From assembly GCA_963793305.1 (NCBI GenBank), contig CAWBZV010000002.1:640001-704000 (forward strand): a stretch of DNA of 64,000 nucleotides. Reading direction: 5' to 3'. The stretch is from an uncultured Gemmatimonadales bacterium. Its GTDB lineage: Bacteria; Gemmatimonadota; Gemmatimonadetes; Gemmatimonadales; Gemmatimonadaceae. The notes under the pieces are model-generated. The model did no database searches, was not told the origin of the DNA, and saw only the letters and a list, made by a program, of their open reading frames with translations. Of this stretch, positions 9,818 through 18,620 are shown piece by piece; within the stretch, counting starts at the first letter, position 1; each line of letters starts with the position of its first letter. A program made the position numbers and the translations under genes.

Positions 9818-11226
9818 TGAAGTCCGCGAAGATACTGATCGCCGATGACGAGCCCGCGATCACGTCGGGCCTGAGCGCGATCCTGAGCGACCTCGACTAC
9901 GATGTCGAGGTGGTCCAGGACGGGCAGCAAGCGCTCGACCGCCTGGCGGCCGATCGGTTCGGGCTCGTGCTGGCGGACTTGAAGATGCCGCGCATCGGCG
10001 GCCTCGCGTTGCTCCGCGAGCTCCAACAGCGCGGCGTGCCGACCGAGTGCATCATCATCACCGGTCAAGCCACGATCGACTCGGCCGTCGAGGCGATGCA
10101 GAGCGGCGCCTATGACTATATAGAAAAACCACTCAACACAGAGAAACTGAACCGCCTCAAGGCGCTGATCCCCAAGGCGCTCGATAAATACACCGTCCAA
10201 CAGCGCAATCGCGAACTGTCCTCGCAGCTTCAGGAACTGACGCACTACGCCGAGCTGACCGGTCAGTCCGAGGCCATGCGGGAGGTCTATAAGATCATCG
10301 AGGCAGTTGCCCCTTCGAGCGCCAGTGTCCTGATCCTCGGCGAGTCAGGCACGGGCAAAGAGCTCGTGGCGCGCGCGGTGCACAGTAAAAGCGAGCGCGC
10401 CAAGGGTCCGTTCTTCGCGATCAATTGCGCGGCGCTGCCCAAGGAAATTCTCGAAAACGAGCTGTTCGGCCACGAGAAGGGTGCGTTCACCGGCTCCACG
10501 AACGAGAAGCCGGGCGCGTTCGAGATGTCGAGCGGCGGCACGTTGTTCTTCGACGAAGTCGCCGAGATGGCGCCGGATATTCAAGTGAAGCTCCTGCGCG
10601 CCATTGAGACGCGCACGGTCCGGCGCTTGGGCGGCAAGAAGGAGATCGAGGTCGATATCCGCATCGTCGCCGCGACGAACAAGGATCTGCAGAAGGCGCT
10701 CGAGGACAACCTGATTCGCGAAGATCTCTACTATCGCCTCGCGGTCGTCGAGATCTATCTGCCGCCGCTCCGCGAGCGCGTGGGGGACATCCCGCTCCTG
10801 GCGAACGAATTCCTGGCCCGATTCGCCCACCAAAATGGCAAGAAGATCCAGGGGTTCGACGACGCCGCGATGGAGTGGGTCGTGAGCTACGCCTGGCAGG
10901 GCAACGTGCGGGAGCTCAAGAACGCGGTCGAGCGCGCCGTGGTCATGTCGCGCGGAGGCGTGATTACGCAGGCCGAGATCATGCCGCGCCACATCCGAAC
11001 GTCAGCCGAGACGCCGACCTCGGTCGTCGTGCAGGTCGGAACGACGACGGCCGATGCGCGTCGAATGCTCGTGCTGAAAACGTGGGCCGTCGCCAATGGC
11101 GACCTGACGCGCGCGGCGACGATGCTCGGGATCGAGGAACAGACGTTGCAATCGGAGTTGGCGGGATATGTCTCGAACGGCGAGTCCAAGCCCAAAAAAA
11201 AGGGGAAGAATCATGCGGGACTATGA
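9814..11226 (+). CDS. Sigma-54-dependent response regulator (NtrC/AtoC family)
   Basis: Receiver domain; GESGTGKE, ELFGHEKGAFTGS, REDLYYRL, WQGNVRELKN; Fis-like HTH tail. Confidence 0.95.
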   Translation: MMKSAKILIADDEPAITSGLSAILSDLDYDVEVVQDGQQALDRLAADRFGLVLADLKMPRIGGLALLRELQQRGVPTECIIITGQATIDSAVEAMQSGAYDYIEKPLNTEKLNRLKALIPKALDKYTVQQRNRELSSQLQELTHYAELTGQSEAMREVYKIIEAVAPSSASVLILGESGTGKELVARAVHSKSERAKGPFFAINCAALPKEILENELFGHEKGAFTGSTNEKPGAFEMSSGGTLFFDEVAEMAPDIQVKLLRAIETRTVRRLGGKKEIEVDIRIVAATNKDLQKALEDNLIREDLYYRLAVVEIYLPPLRERVGDIPLLANEFLARFAHQNGKKIQGFDDAAMEWVVSYAWQGNVRELKNAVERAVVMSRGGVITQAEIMPRHIRTSAETPTSVVVQVGTTTADARRMLVLKTWAVANGDLTRAATMLGIEEQTLQSELAGYVSNGESKPKKKGKNHAGL

Positions 11227-11575
11227 TGCCGATGAGCCGTATGTCGTCATTCAGGAGCGCTCGAGCGACGTCGGCTCGTTCTTGATGGGGTTGGCCGTTG
11301 GCGCCGGCATCGCTCTGTTGTTCGCGCCGCGCTCGGGCGAGGAAGTCCGGGGCGAGATCAAGCGCCGGGTGAAAACCGTGCGCGACAAAGCGTCGGATTC
11401 GTTCTCCGAGGCGCGCGAGCGTGTGGAGTCGCGCTTGGAGTCCGCGCGACTCGCGCTCGAGGAGAAGAAGCAGCGGATGACGGACGCAGTCGCGGCCGGC
11501 CGCGCCGCGGCGCGCCAGGCGGCGCGCGATGCCCGGCGCGAGTTGTCAAAGCAGCGTCCCAGCGCCGAGGACTGA
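11213..11575 (+). CDS. YtxH-domain protein
   Basis: FLMGLAVGAGIALLFAPRSGEEVR followed by a coiled-coil. Confidence 0.88.
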   Translation: MRDYDADEPYVVIQERSSDVGSFLMGLAVGAGIALLFAPRSGEEVRGEIKRRVKTVRDKASDSFSEARERVESRLESARLALEEKKQRMTDAVAAGRAAARQAARDARRELSKQRPSAED

Positions 11576-12480
11576 CCATCCGCTCGCTCCGAGCCGCATG
11601 GCGCGACTCGGCGCTGCGCGACTACCTGACGAGCGTCTGGAGCAATAGCGGCGAGGACAACATTTTCTTCCTCGCCAGTGGTGTCGCGTTCAACATTCTG
11701 CTCGCCGCCGTACCGTTCGTGCTGCTGCTCGTGAGCGGCCTCGGATACTTTCTCGACCTGTCGCCGGCCGCGTCGCTCTCCCGCATCTCCGTGCTGGTCG
11801 ATCGGCTGCTGCCGGCCGAGTCGGGTCGGATGGGCACCGTGGTCACCGCGCTCATGAACGAGGCGATTCGCCTTCGCGGCACCGTCGGGATTGTCAGCGC
11901 GGTGACGTTCGTGTGGTTCTCGACGCGACTGTTCGGGTCGCTGCGCGCCGTGCTGGCGCTCGTGTTCGATCTCGATCGCGATCGGGGGATCATCGACGGG
12001 AAGATCTTCGACGCCAAGGTCACCGTCGTGGCGACACTCCTGGTCGTCGGGTACACCGTGCTCAACGCCTATCTGGTCGTCGCGACGAAAAATGGCGCCG
12101 CGATGCTGGCGGACATCGGCCTGCAGCACGCGGCCATGAACCGCTTCGAGTACTGGACCGCGCGCACGTTCGAGTTCTTGTTCGTGGCCGCGACGTTCTT
12201 CGCGCTGTATCGATTCCTGCCGGCTCGCGGCGTACGCGCTCGCACCGCCGCCCTCGCCGGGACGTTCAGCGCCGTGTTGCTGGAGCTCGCGAAGCTCGCC
12301 TTTACGTCTTATCTCCGCCACTTCAACCCCGGTTCCCTCTACACGGGGACGTTGGCTGCGATCGTCATCGTGATTATCTGGCTGTACTATGCCGCGACGA
12401 TTTTTATTCTTGGTGGAGAAGTTGGTCAGGTGTACGAATTGCGGCGCATCCGCCGATTGCAATGGGAGGCGGTTGAATAG
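11572..12480 (+). CDS. YihY/virulence factor BrkB family membrane protein (start uncertain, possibly CTG 11572)
   Basis: DNIFFLASGVAFNILL lies in frame upstream of the first GTG; C-terminal YTGTLAAIVIVIIWLYYAATIFILGGE. Confidence 0.85.
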   Translation: MTIRSLRAAWRDSALRDYLTSVWSNSGEDNIFFLASGVAFNILLAAVPFVLLLVSGLGYFLDLSPAASLSRISVLVDRLLPAESGRMGTVVTALMNEAIRLRGTVGIVSAVTFVWFSTRLFGSLRAVLALVFDLDRDRGIIDGKIFDAKVTVVATLLVVGYTVLNAYLVVATKNGAAMLADIGLQHAAMNRFEYWTARTFEFLFVAATFFALYRFLPARGVRARTAALAGTFSAVLLELAKLAFTSYLRHFNPGSLYTGTLAAIVIVIIWLYYAATIFILGGEVGQVYELRRIRRLQWEAVE

Positions 12481-12492
12481 TACGTTTCCCAT

Positions 12493-12592
12493 GCCCCAGG
12501 TCCGTAGGAGGGCGCGAGCCCGCTAACCCCGTCAGGACCCCGCAGGTAGCAGCGGCATGAGGTGTCTTGCGTCGCTTCGCCGGGCCTGGGGT
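12493..12592 (+). ncRNA. ffs: Signal recognition particle RNA (small bacterial type, 4.5S)
   Basis: About 100-nt hairpin: GCCCCAGGTCCG pairs with CGGGCCTGGGGT; core TCAGG-ACC-loop-GGT-AGCAGC; position directly upstream of dnaX. Confidence 0.9.
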
Positions 12593-12606
12593 ATCTCTCC
12601 TCCGAC

Positions 12607-14238
12607 ATGCCACTGGCCCTCGCCCGTAAATATCGACCGAAGACGTTCGCCTCGGTCGCCGTCCAATCGCACGTCTCGAACACGTTGAAAGGCGCCATCG
12701 CGCGCAATCGTGTCGCGCATGGCTATCTCTTCTGCGGCCCCCGCGGCACGGGCAAGACGACGCTCGCCCGCGTGCTCGCGATGGCGCTCAACTGCGAGCG
12801 CCGTCACCTGCGCGACGACGGCGAGCCCTGTGGCGAGTGCACGTCCTGCACGCGGATCTGGAGTGGCAGCGCGAGCCTCGATGTCGTGGAAATCGACGCG
12901 GCGTCGAACCGCGGCGTGGATGACGCGCGGGAGCTTCGCGAGCGCGCGATGTACGCGCCATCGGGCGCCGATCGCTACAAAGTCTATATCGTCGACGAAG
13001 CGCATATGCTCACGCGCGAAGCGTGGAATGCGCTCTTGAAAATCCTGGAGGAACCCCCGCCGCGCGTCGTCTTCGTGTTCGCGACGACCGAACCGCAGAA
13101 GATCGCCCAAGCGGCCGCTCCTGTCCTCTCGCGACTGCAGCGCTTCGACCTGAAGCGCATCCCGTCGTCGGAGATCCGCGCGCGACTGGCGGAAGTGTTC
13201 GACGCTGAAGGACTGGAGGCGGACGCCGATGCACTCGGCCTGCTGGCGCGCGCCGCCGATGGCTCGATGCGCGATGCGCTGAGCCTGACGGACCAGGTAT
13301 TGGCCCTCGATCCAGACGCGATGGTGACCGCGGAGCGGGTGAGGGAAGCGCTCGGCCTGGTGCCCGAGGACGAGTATATCGCCATTCTCGATCTGATCGC
13401 CGCCCGACAGGCGGGCGAGGTCTTCGCCGCCGTGGCACGACTCGCGGACCTCGGCATCGACTTCGGCCTCTTTCTGGCCGGCATCGCCGACACCATTCGC
13501 GCACAGCTCGCGATTGTGCTCGGCGCCACACCGCCCGATATCTCCGCGTCGTTGCGCGCCGCGCTGACCGAGCGGCGTTCGGCGTGGTCCTCGGGCGATC
13601 TCCTTCGAATGCTCCACGCGATCACGGAGCTCGAGCAGCAATTTCGAAAGAGCGTGCAGCAGCAGCTCCTCGTCGAGACGCTCCTGCTCCGATTTGCGCT
13701 GCTGGACCGGTCTGTCGAGATAGAAGCCGTGCTTCGAGAGCTCGGCGGCGGCGGCGGTGCCACACCGGCGCGACCCCAGGCGCCGCCACCCAAACCGGCG
13801 CCCGCTCGACCGGCTCCCACTGGTCCGGCACCCACGGCACCCACGGCACCCACGAGAGGGCTCGAGGCACAGTGGGGCGACGTCGTCTCGCGCTTGCGCG
13901 GACCGTCACCAATGCTGGCCGCGGCCCTCGATCACGCGAAGCCGGTGAGCCTGTCGGTTGAAGGGGATGTGCTGATCCGACTCGACGAGCCGAACGAGGT
14001 GTTTCAGAGAAAGATCGAAGGTGGCCGAGATCAGATTCTGGGCGCGGTTCGGGAGGTCATTGGAATTGGGAAGAGCGTCCGGCTGGTGCTGGGGGAGGAG
14101 GCCAAAGCCCCCGCGGCGCCTCCGAAGCGGCTGACCCAGGAGACCCTCAAGACCGACGAAGTGGCCCGGCTTCGCCGCAGCGATGCCCTCTTGGGGGCCG
14201 CGATCGATGCGCTGGACTTGGAGCTAATGGACGACTAG
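12607..14238 (+). CDS. dnaX: DNA polymerase III subunit gamma/tau
   Basis: LARKYRP, GPRGTGKTT, PCGECTSC, EIDAASNRGVDD, DEAHML, NALLKILEEPP. Confidence 0.97.
   Translation: MPLALARKYRPKTFASVAVQSHVSNTLKGAIARNRVAHGYLFCGPRGTGKTTLARVLAMALNCERRHLRDDGEPCGECTSCTRIWSGSASLDVVEIDAASNRGVDDARELRERAMYAPSGADRYKVYIVDEAHMLTREAWNALLKILEEPPPRVVFVFATTEPQKIAQAAAPVLSRLQRFDLKRIPSSEIRARLAEVFDAEGLEADADALGLLARAADGSMRDALSLTDQVLALDPDAMVTAERVREALGLVPEDEYIAILDLIAARQAGEVFAAVARLADLGIDFGLFLAGIADTIRAQLAIVLGATPPDISASLRAALTERRSAWSSGDLLRMLHAITELEQQFRKSVQQQLLVETLLLRFALLDRSVEIEAVLRELGGGGGATPARPQAPPPKPAPARPAPTGPAPTAPTAPTRGLEAQWGDVVSRLRGPSPMLAAALDHAKPVSLSVEGDVLIRLDEPNEVFQRKIEGGRDQILGAVREVIGIGKSVRLVLGEEAKAPAAPPKRLTQETLKTDEVARLRRSDALLGAAIDALDLELMDD
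13826..13854 (+). repeat. 9-bp tandem repeat (CGGCACCCA x3) encoding the APT-APT-APT linker of DnaX
   Basis: Read directly from the sequence. Confidence 0.85.
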
Positions 14239-14260
14239 CGACGCCGTTAGATTGGTCCAC

Positions 14261-14578
14261 ATGGCCGATATCATGAAATTGCTGCAGCAGGCCCAGCAGA
14301 TGCAGGGCCGGCTCCAGCAGATCCAGGATGAGCTCCAACAGCGCACCGTTTCGGCCTCGGCCGGCGGCGGCATGGTCACGGTGAACGCCGACGGAAAAGG
14401 TCAGATCCGCTCGATCAAGATCGACCCGAGCGTCGTCAATCCGAGCGATGTCGAGATGCTCGAGGACCTGATCGTGGTGGCGATGACCGATGTGCAACGT
14501 CGGGCGGCTGCCTTAGCCCAGGAAGAAATGGGCAAGCTCACGGGTGGACTCGGGCTCCCGTTCCAGCTGCCATTGTAA
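14261..14578 (+). CDS. ybaB: YbaB/EbfC nucleoid-associated protein
   Basis: QQAQQMQ, SAGGGMVTV, DVEMLEDLIV; lies between dnaX and recR. Confidence 0.95.
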   Translation: MADIMKLLQQAQQMQGRLQQIQDELQQRTVSASAGGGMVTVNADGKGQIRSIKIDPSVVNPSDVEMLEDLIVVAMTDVQRRAAALAQEEMGKLTGGLGLPFQLPL

Positions 14579-15169
14579 GTGCCCGCGATCGACGATCTGA
14601 CGATCGAGCTGGCCAAGCTCCCTGGGATTGGTCGCAAGACCGCGCTCCGGCTGACGTATCATCTCCTGAAGCGCCCGGCCGACCAGAGCCGCCGGTTGGC
14701 CGAGGCGCTCCTGACGCTCGCGGACCGCGTTCGCCAGTGCGATCGGTGTCACAACCTGACCGAAGACACGGTGTGCGCCATCTGTCTCGACCCCCGTCGC
14801 GATGCGAGCCTGATGTGCGTCGTGGAGGAAGCCGCTGACATTGGCGCCATCGAGCGCTCTGGCGACTATCGCGGCACGTATCATGTCCTAGGAGGTCGTC
14901 TATCCCCACTCGATGGGGTAGGTCCTGAGGATCTGACCATAGCCGCGCTCGCGAAGCGAGTTGCGGCGGGGGGCATCAAAGAGGTGATCGTGGCGACCAA
15001 TCCGAGCCTGGAGGGGGAAGCGACTGCCCTGTACCTCCAGCGCCAGCTCGTCCCACTCGGGGTAACGGTTTCCCGAATTGCCCGCGGGCTGCCGGTCGGC
15101 GGTGACCTGGAGTACGCTGACGGCGTCACTATCGCGCAGGCTCTCTCAGCACGCCGGGAGATGCCGTGA
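14579..15169 (+). CDS. recR: Recombination mediator RecR
   Basis: LPGIGRKTA, C4 zinc finger, YHVLGGRLSPLDG, EGEATA, ARGLPVGGDLEYAD. Confidence 0.97.
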   Translation: MPAIDDLTIELAKLPGIGRKTALRLTYHLLKRPADQSRRLAEALLTLADRVRQCDRCHNLTEDTVCAICLDPRRDASLMCVVEEAADIGAIERSGDYRGTYHVLGGRLSPLDGVGPEDLTIAALAKRVAAGGIKEVIVATNPSLEGEATALYLQRQLVPLGVTVSRIARGLPVGGDLEYADGVTIAQALSARREMP

Positions 15170-15471
15170 GGGTACAAAAGGTCGTTCGGAGGGGCGGGAC
15201 CCGGACTGCACTGCTGGTCGCGACCGGGTTTCTGGGAGGGCTCGCGGTAGGTGTCCTGTTTTGGAGCCGGCAGCAACACCGGCACCGGCGGGACCTCTTC
15301 AGCAAGCACTCGCTGAGGCGGTTGGCGGCACTCGGGTACCTGTCCGGTACGCCGAGCGCTCATACCGCGTCGCTCCTCAGGGATTACATCCAGTGGGAAC
15401 CACGTTCGGTCCTCCGACGACGCGGCCGCCAGGTGCTGCGAAAGGTGGAGGCGTCACTCGACTTGGGTTAG
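15166..15471 (+). CDS. Hypothetical single-TM protein
   Basis: GTGA overlap with recR; one TM helix followed by a basic helical domain. Confidence 0.72.
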   Translation: MRVQKVVRRGGTRTALLVATGFLGGLAVGVLFWSRQQHRHRRDLFSKHSLRRLAALGYLSGTPSAHTASLLRDYIQWEPRSVLRRRGRQVLRKVEASLDLG

Positions 15472-15474
15472 GTC

Positions 15475-15966
15475 ATGGCCGTCGGCTCAGCGAGCTGGTC
15501 CTTCACCGAAGATGATTACGGGGCGATCACTCAAGCCCTGCACCGATTCCTGTACGAGAGCAACGCCCGCTGCGCTCTCCTGGTTGATCGGACTGGCCAG
15601 CTGGTGACGACCGTCGGCGAGCAACCGACGTTCGACCCAACCGCTTTCGCGACCCTGACGGCCGCCGATTTCAGCGCCAATGACCAACTGGCCAGGCTGA
15701 TCGGCGAGACCGACTTCAATACGCTGTTTCACCAAGGCGAGAAAGAGTCGATGTATCTCGCCGATGTGGCCCGCCGGGTGATCCTCGTCGTGCTCTTCGA
15801 CAACCGCACCACCCTGGGGCTCGTGCGACTCAAGATGAAGATGGCCGTCGATGACCTCACCAAGCTGTTCGAGCAGGTCTTCGCGCGGGGTCAGACCGCC
15901 GGGGGGGCGGAGCAACCGAACATCCTCTCGGGCGCGGATGACGAGATCGACAGACTGTTCCAATAG
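15475..15966 (+). CDS. mglB: MglB, roadblock/LC7 GTPase-activating protein
   Basis: ALLVDRTGQL, LARLIGETDFNTLFHQGEK, FDNRTTLGLVRL, DDEIDRLF. Confidence 0.93.
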   Translation: MAVGSASWSFTEDDYGAITQALHRFLYESNARCALLVDRTGQLVTTVGEQPTFDPTAFATLTAADFSANDQLARLIGETDFNTLFHQGEKESMYLADVARRVILVVLFDNRTTLGLVRLKMKMAVDDLTKLFEQVFARGQTAGGAEQPNILSGADDEIDRLFQ

Positions 15967-15978
15967 AGGACGACAGTC

Positions 15979-16656
15979 ATGTCGATGATCAACTACGCCT
16001 CGCGCGAGATCAACTGCAAAATCGTCTATTACGGCCCGGGCCTCGGCGGCAAAACGTCGAACCTGGAGCATGTCTACGCCAAAGTCCAACCAGAGACCCG
16101 CGGCAAGCTGATCTCCCTGGCGACGGAAACCGAACGGACGCTGTTCTTCGACTTTTTGCCAGTCGATTTGGGGACCATTCGCGGTTTTAAGACGCGCTTC
16201 CACCTGTACACGGTCCCTGGGCAGGTCTATTACAACGCCAGCCGCAAGTTGATTCTCAAGGGCGTCGACGGCATTGTCTTCGTCGCCGACTCGCAGATCG
16301 AGCGCATGGAAGCGAATCAGGAGGCCATGCAGAATCTGTACGACAACATGGCCGAGTACGGGTATGACCTCAGGAGAATGCCGTTTATCGTGCAATACAA
16401 TAAACGGGATCTCCCGAATGCCGCGGCGATCTGTGACCTGCAAGCGTCGCTCAACCCGGGCTGGGAGGTCGATGACCCCGCACGGCAACGGGTGACCCCG
16501 GACGCGGCCCATCCCGGCGAGAACTTGATCGAGCAACTGCCCACTGGGGAATGGGTCGAGCGCGCGCCATATTTCGAAGCCGTCGCCGTCAGTGGCGATG
16601 GTGTCTTCGATACACTCAAGGCGGTGAGCAAGCTCGTGCTGAAGTCGCTCGCGTAG
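15979..16656 (+). CDS. mglA: MglA small Ras-like GTPase
   Basis: [42 protein letters not shown]. Confidence 0.96.
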   Translation: MSMINYASREINCKIVYYGPGLGGKTSNLEHVYAKVQPETRGKLISLATETERTLFFDFLPVDLGTIRGFKTRFHLYTVPGQVYYNASRKLILKGVDGIVFVADSQIERMEANQEAMQNLYDNMAEYGYDLRRMPFIVQYNKRDLPNAAAICDLQASLNPGWEVDDPARQRVTPDAAHPGENLIEQLPTGEWVERAPYFEAVAVSGDGVFDTLKAVSKLVLKSLA

Positions 16657-16693
16657 GTCGAGCCCGAGCCGCCGCCGCAACCGGGGTGGCGCA

Positions 16694-17398
16694 GTGAATC
16701 TTCCGAACGCGATCACTGTCGGGCGCATCGTCGCCGCGCCCGCGATCGCGTTGTTGGCCCTCCTGCCGTCCTGGCCAGCGCGTCTCGCGGCGTTCGTGAT
16801 ATTCATTGTCGCGGCCCTCACCGACTACATTGACGGGAAGCTCGCCCGCGAACGGAATCTCGTCACGGACTTGGGTCGCGTGCTCGACCCGCTAGCCGAC
16901 AAGCTGCTGCTCGCCGCGACCGTCGCGCCGATGTATGTACTCCAAGCTCCCCCGCATGATGTGTTGGGATCATATACCGCGAGCGCTGGGTTTCTTGGCC
17001 TGACGTCGCTCCCGTTCCGTACGCCGGTGGGTCCGGTGCCCCTCCCGTTCTGGGTCGTCGCGATCGTGCTCGGTCGCGAGATCGTGATGACCGTGTTTCG
17101 CCAGGCCGCGTTGCGCCGGGGCACGGTGATCGCCGCGATCGGCCCGGCCAAATGGAAGACAGGGTTCCAGTGGACCTGGATCGGCTCGGCCTTGTTCTGG
17201 TTCTTCGCGACCAGCGCCTTCACCGCGACGTCGCTGACGCCATCGTTCGTAACGCCCGCGTCACTGTTCATTGGCATCGTCGGCACCGCAAGCCTCGTCG
17301 GCGCCATTGTCTTTTCGCTCTACTCGTTGGGTCTCTATCTTGGCCGTTACGGCCGCGTTTTCCTGAGACCCAACCCGAGAGCAAGACAATCCCCATAG
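16694..17398 (+). CDS. pgsA: CDP-diacylglycerol--glycerol-3-phosphate 3-phosphatidyltransferase-like protein
   Basis: NLPNAIT, DYIDGKLAR...LGRVLDPLADK, REI, KWKTGFQ. Confidence 0.85.
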   Translation: MNLPNAITVGRIVAAPAIALLALLPSWPARLAAFVIFIVAALTDYIDGKLARERNLVTDLGRVLDPLADKLLLAATVAPMYVLQAPPHDVLGSYTASAGFLGLTSLPFRTPVGPVPLPFWVVAIVLGREIVMTVFRQAALRRGTVIAAIGPAKWKTGFQWTWIGSALFWFFATSAFTATSLTPSFVTPASLFIGIVGTASLVGAIVFSLYSLGLYLGRYGRVFLRPNPRARQSP

Positions 17399-18612
17399 TG
17401 CACCGTCGCATTTCGCTGCTCGCGATTCTGTATCTATCCGCTTGCTCCACTGACGTCATCAATCCTCCGAAGCAGCAAGCGCCGACCCCGCCGATGGCGA
17501 TCTCCGTTTTCGCTGGCGATCGGTCGACCTGCGTCCTGACCTCCGGCGGCGCCGTCGAGTGCTGGGGCAGCAACGCGTTGGGCACGCTGGGCCTGGGCAC
17601 TACGGATTCAAACGCCCACGGGACACCGGACACCGTCGTGGGAGGTCATTCGTTCGGAGCGCTGTCCGGCGCTGCGAGCTTCGTCTGTGCGCTCACGACC
17701 CAGGGACAACCCTGGTGTTGGGGAACCGCGTTGTCGAGCCAGTCGACTGTGCCCGATCGTGACTCTGTGCCCGTGGCGCTCACGGGGGCGCCAGCCATGA
17801 GCTCGATATCGGTCGGCTGGGGTCACGCGTGCGGTCTTACGGTTGCCGGTGCCGCGTATTGCTGGGGGCACAATCAGTTCGGCCAGCTCGGTACCGGCGA
17901 TACGGTGGATCGGGGAACGCCGACACCGGTGCTCGGGGGATCCACGTGGCGGGCAATCAGTGCCGGCATTGACAACACGTGCGCGGTGAGCACGACGGGT
18001 CAGGCGAATTGCTGGGGCGATACAGCGTACATCAACGGCGCGATTTCCGACGAAATCGAGACCGCGCCAGGCGCGCCGATCGCGAGTCCAGTGAGGTTTG
18101 CATCCCTCCACTCAGGTGCAGATTACCAATGTGGTCTCACGTCCGCTGGTGCGGCGTACTGTTGGGGGCTCAATTATGCGAGTGCCCTCGGCGATAGCTC
18201 GATGACCTTTCAGCCGGTACCCGTTGCGGTCGTCGGTGGCATCACGTTCGCCACGATCGCCATCTCCGGCGAGAATTCCATCGTTCCCACGACCTGTGGA
18301 CTGTCGACCCAGGGCGCGGCCTATTGCTGGGGCAACCAGTCGTACGAACAACTCGGTACCTCGGCAGCGCAGCTCAGCACGTGCGCGATCACGCCGGAGC
18401 AATTCAGCGTGCCCTGTTCTCCGGTGCCGGTGTCAGTGGCCGGCGGGCTCACGTTCACGGCGATCGCGGTCGGGAACACGCACGTGTGCGCCGTGACCGC
18501 GCGGGGCGCTGTCTACTGCTGGGGAATGAACGACCAAGGGCAGCTGGGAACTGCCACGTCGACGCCGTCGGCCTCCTCGCCAATTCGCGTCAGCGGCTTT
18601 GGCACGCAGTAG
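17398..18612 (+). CDS. RCC1/BLIP-II-repeat beta-propeller lipoprotein
   Basis: Lipobox LSAC; about 7 repeats of C.L...G.AYCWG.N..GQLG. Confidence 0.9.
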   Translation: MHRRISLLAILYLSACSTDVINPPKQQAPTPPMAISVFAGDRSTCVLTSGGAVECWGSNALGTLGLGTTDSNAHGTPDTVVGGHSFGALSGAASFVCALTTQGQPWCWGTALSSQSTVPDRDSVPVALTGAPAMSSISVGWGHACGLTVAGAAYCWGHNQFGQLGTGDTVDRGTPTPVLGGSTWRAISAGIDNTCAVSTTGQANCWGDTAYINGAISDEIETAPGAPIASPVRFASLHSGADYQCGLTSAGAAYCWGLNYASALGDSSMTFQPVPVAVVGGITFATIAISGENSIVPTTCGLSTQGAAYCWGNQSYEQLGTSAAQLSTCAITPEQFSVPCSPVPVSVAGGLTFTAIAVGNTHVCAVTARGAVYCWGMNDQGQLGTATSTPSASSPIRVSGFGTQ

Positions 18613-18620
18613 ATTTGTGC

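Noticed and set aside
11194..11205. A8-G4 run as a phase-variation or slippage site
   Set aside because: It lies in the last codons of the regulator (a Lys-rich tail); a shift would alter only a few residues
12607..14238. Programmed frameshift or slippage in dnaX producing a gamma subunit
   Set aside because: No A-AAA-AAG heptamer or long A run seen in the gene
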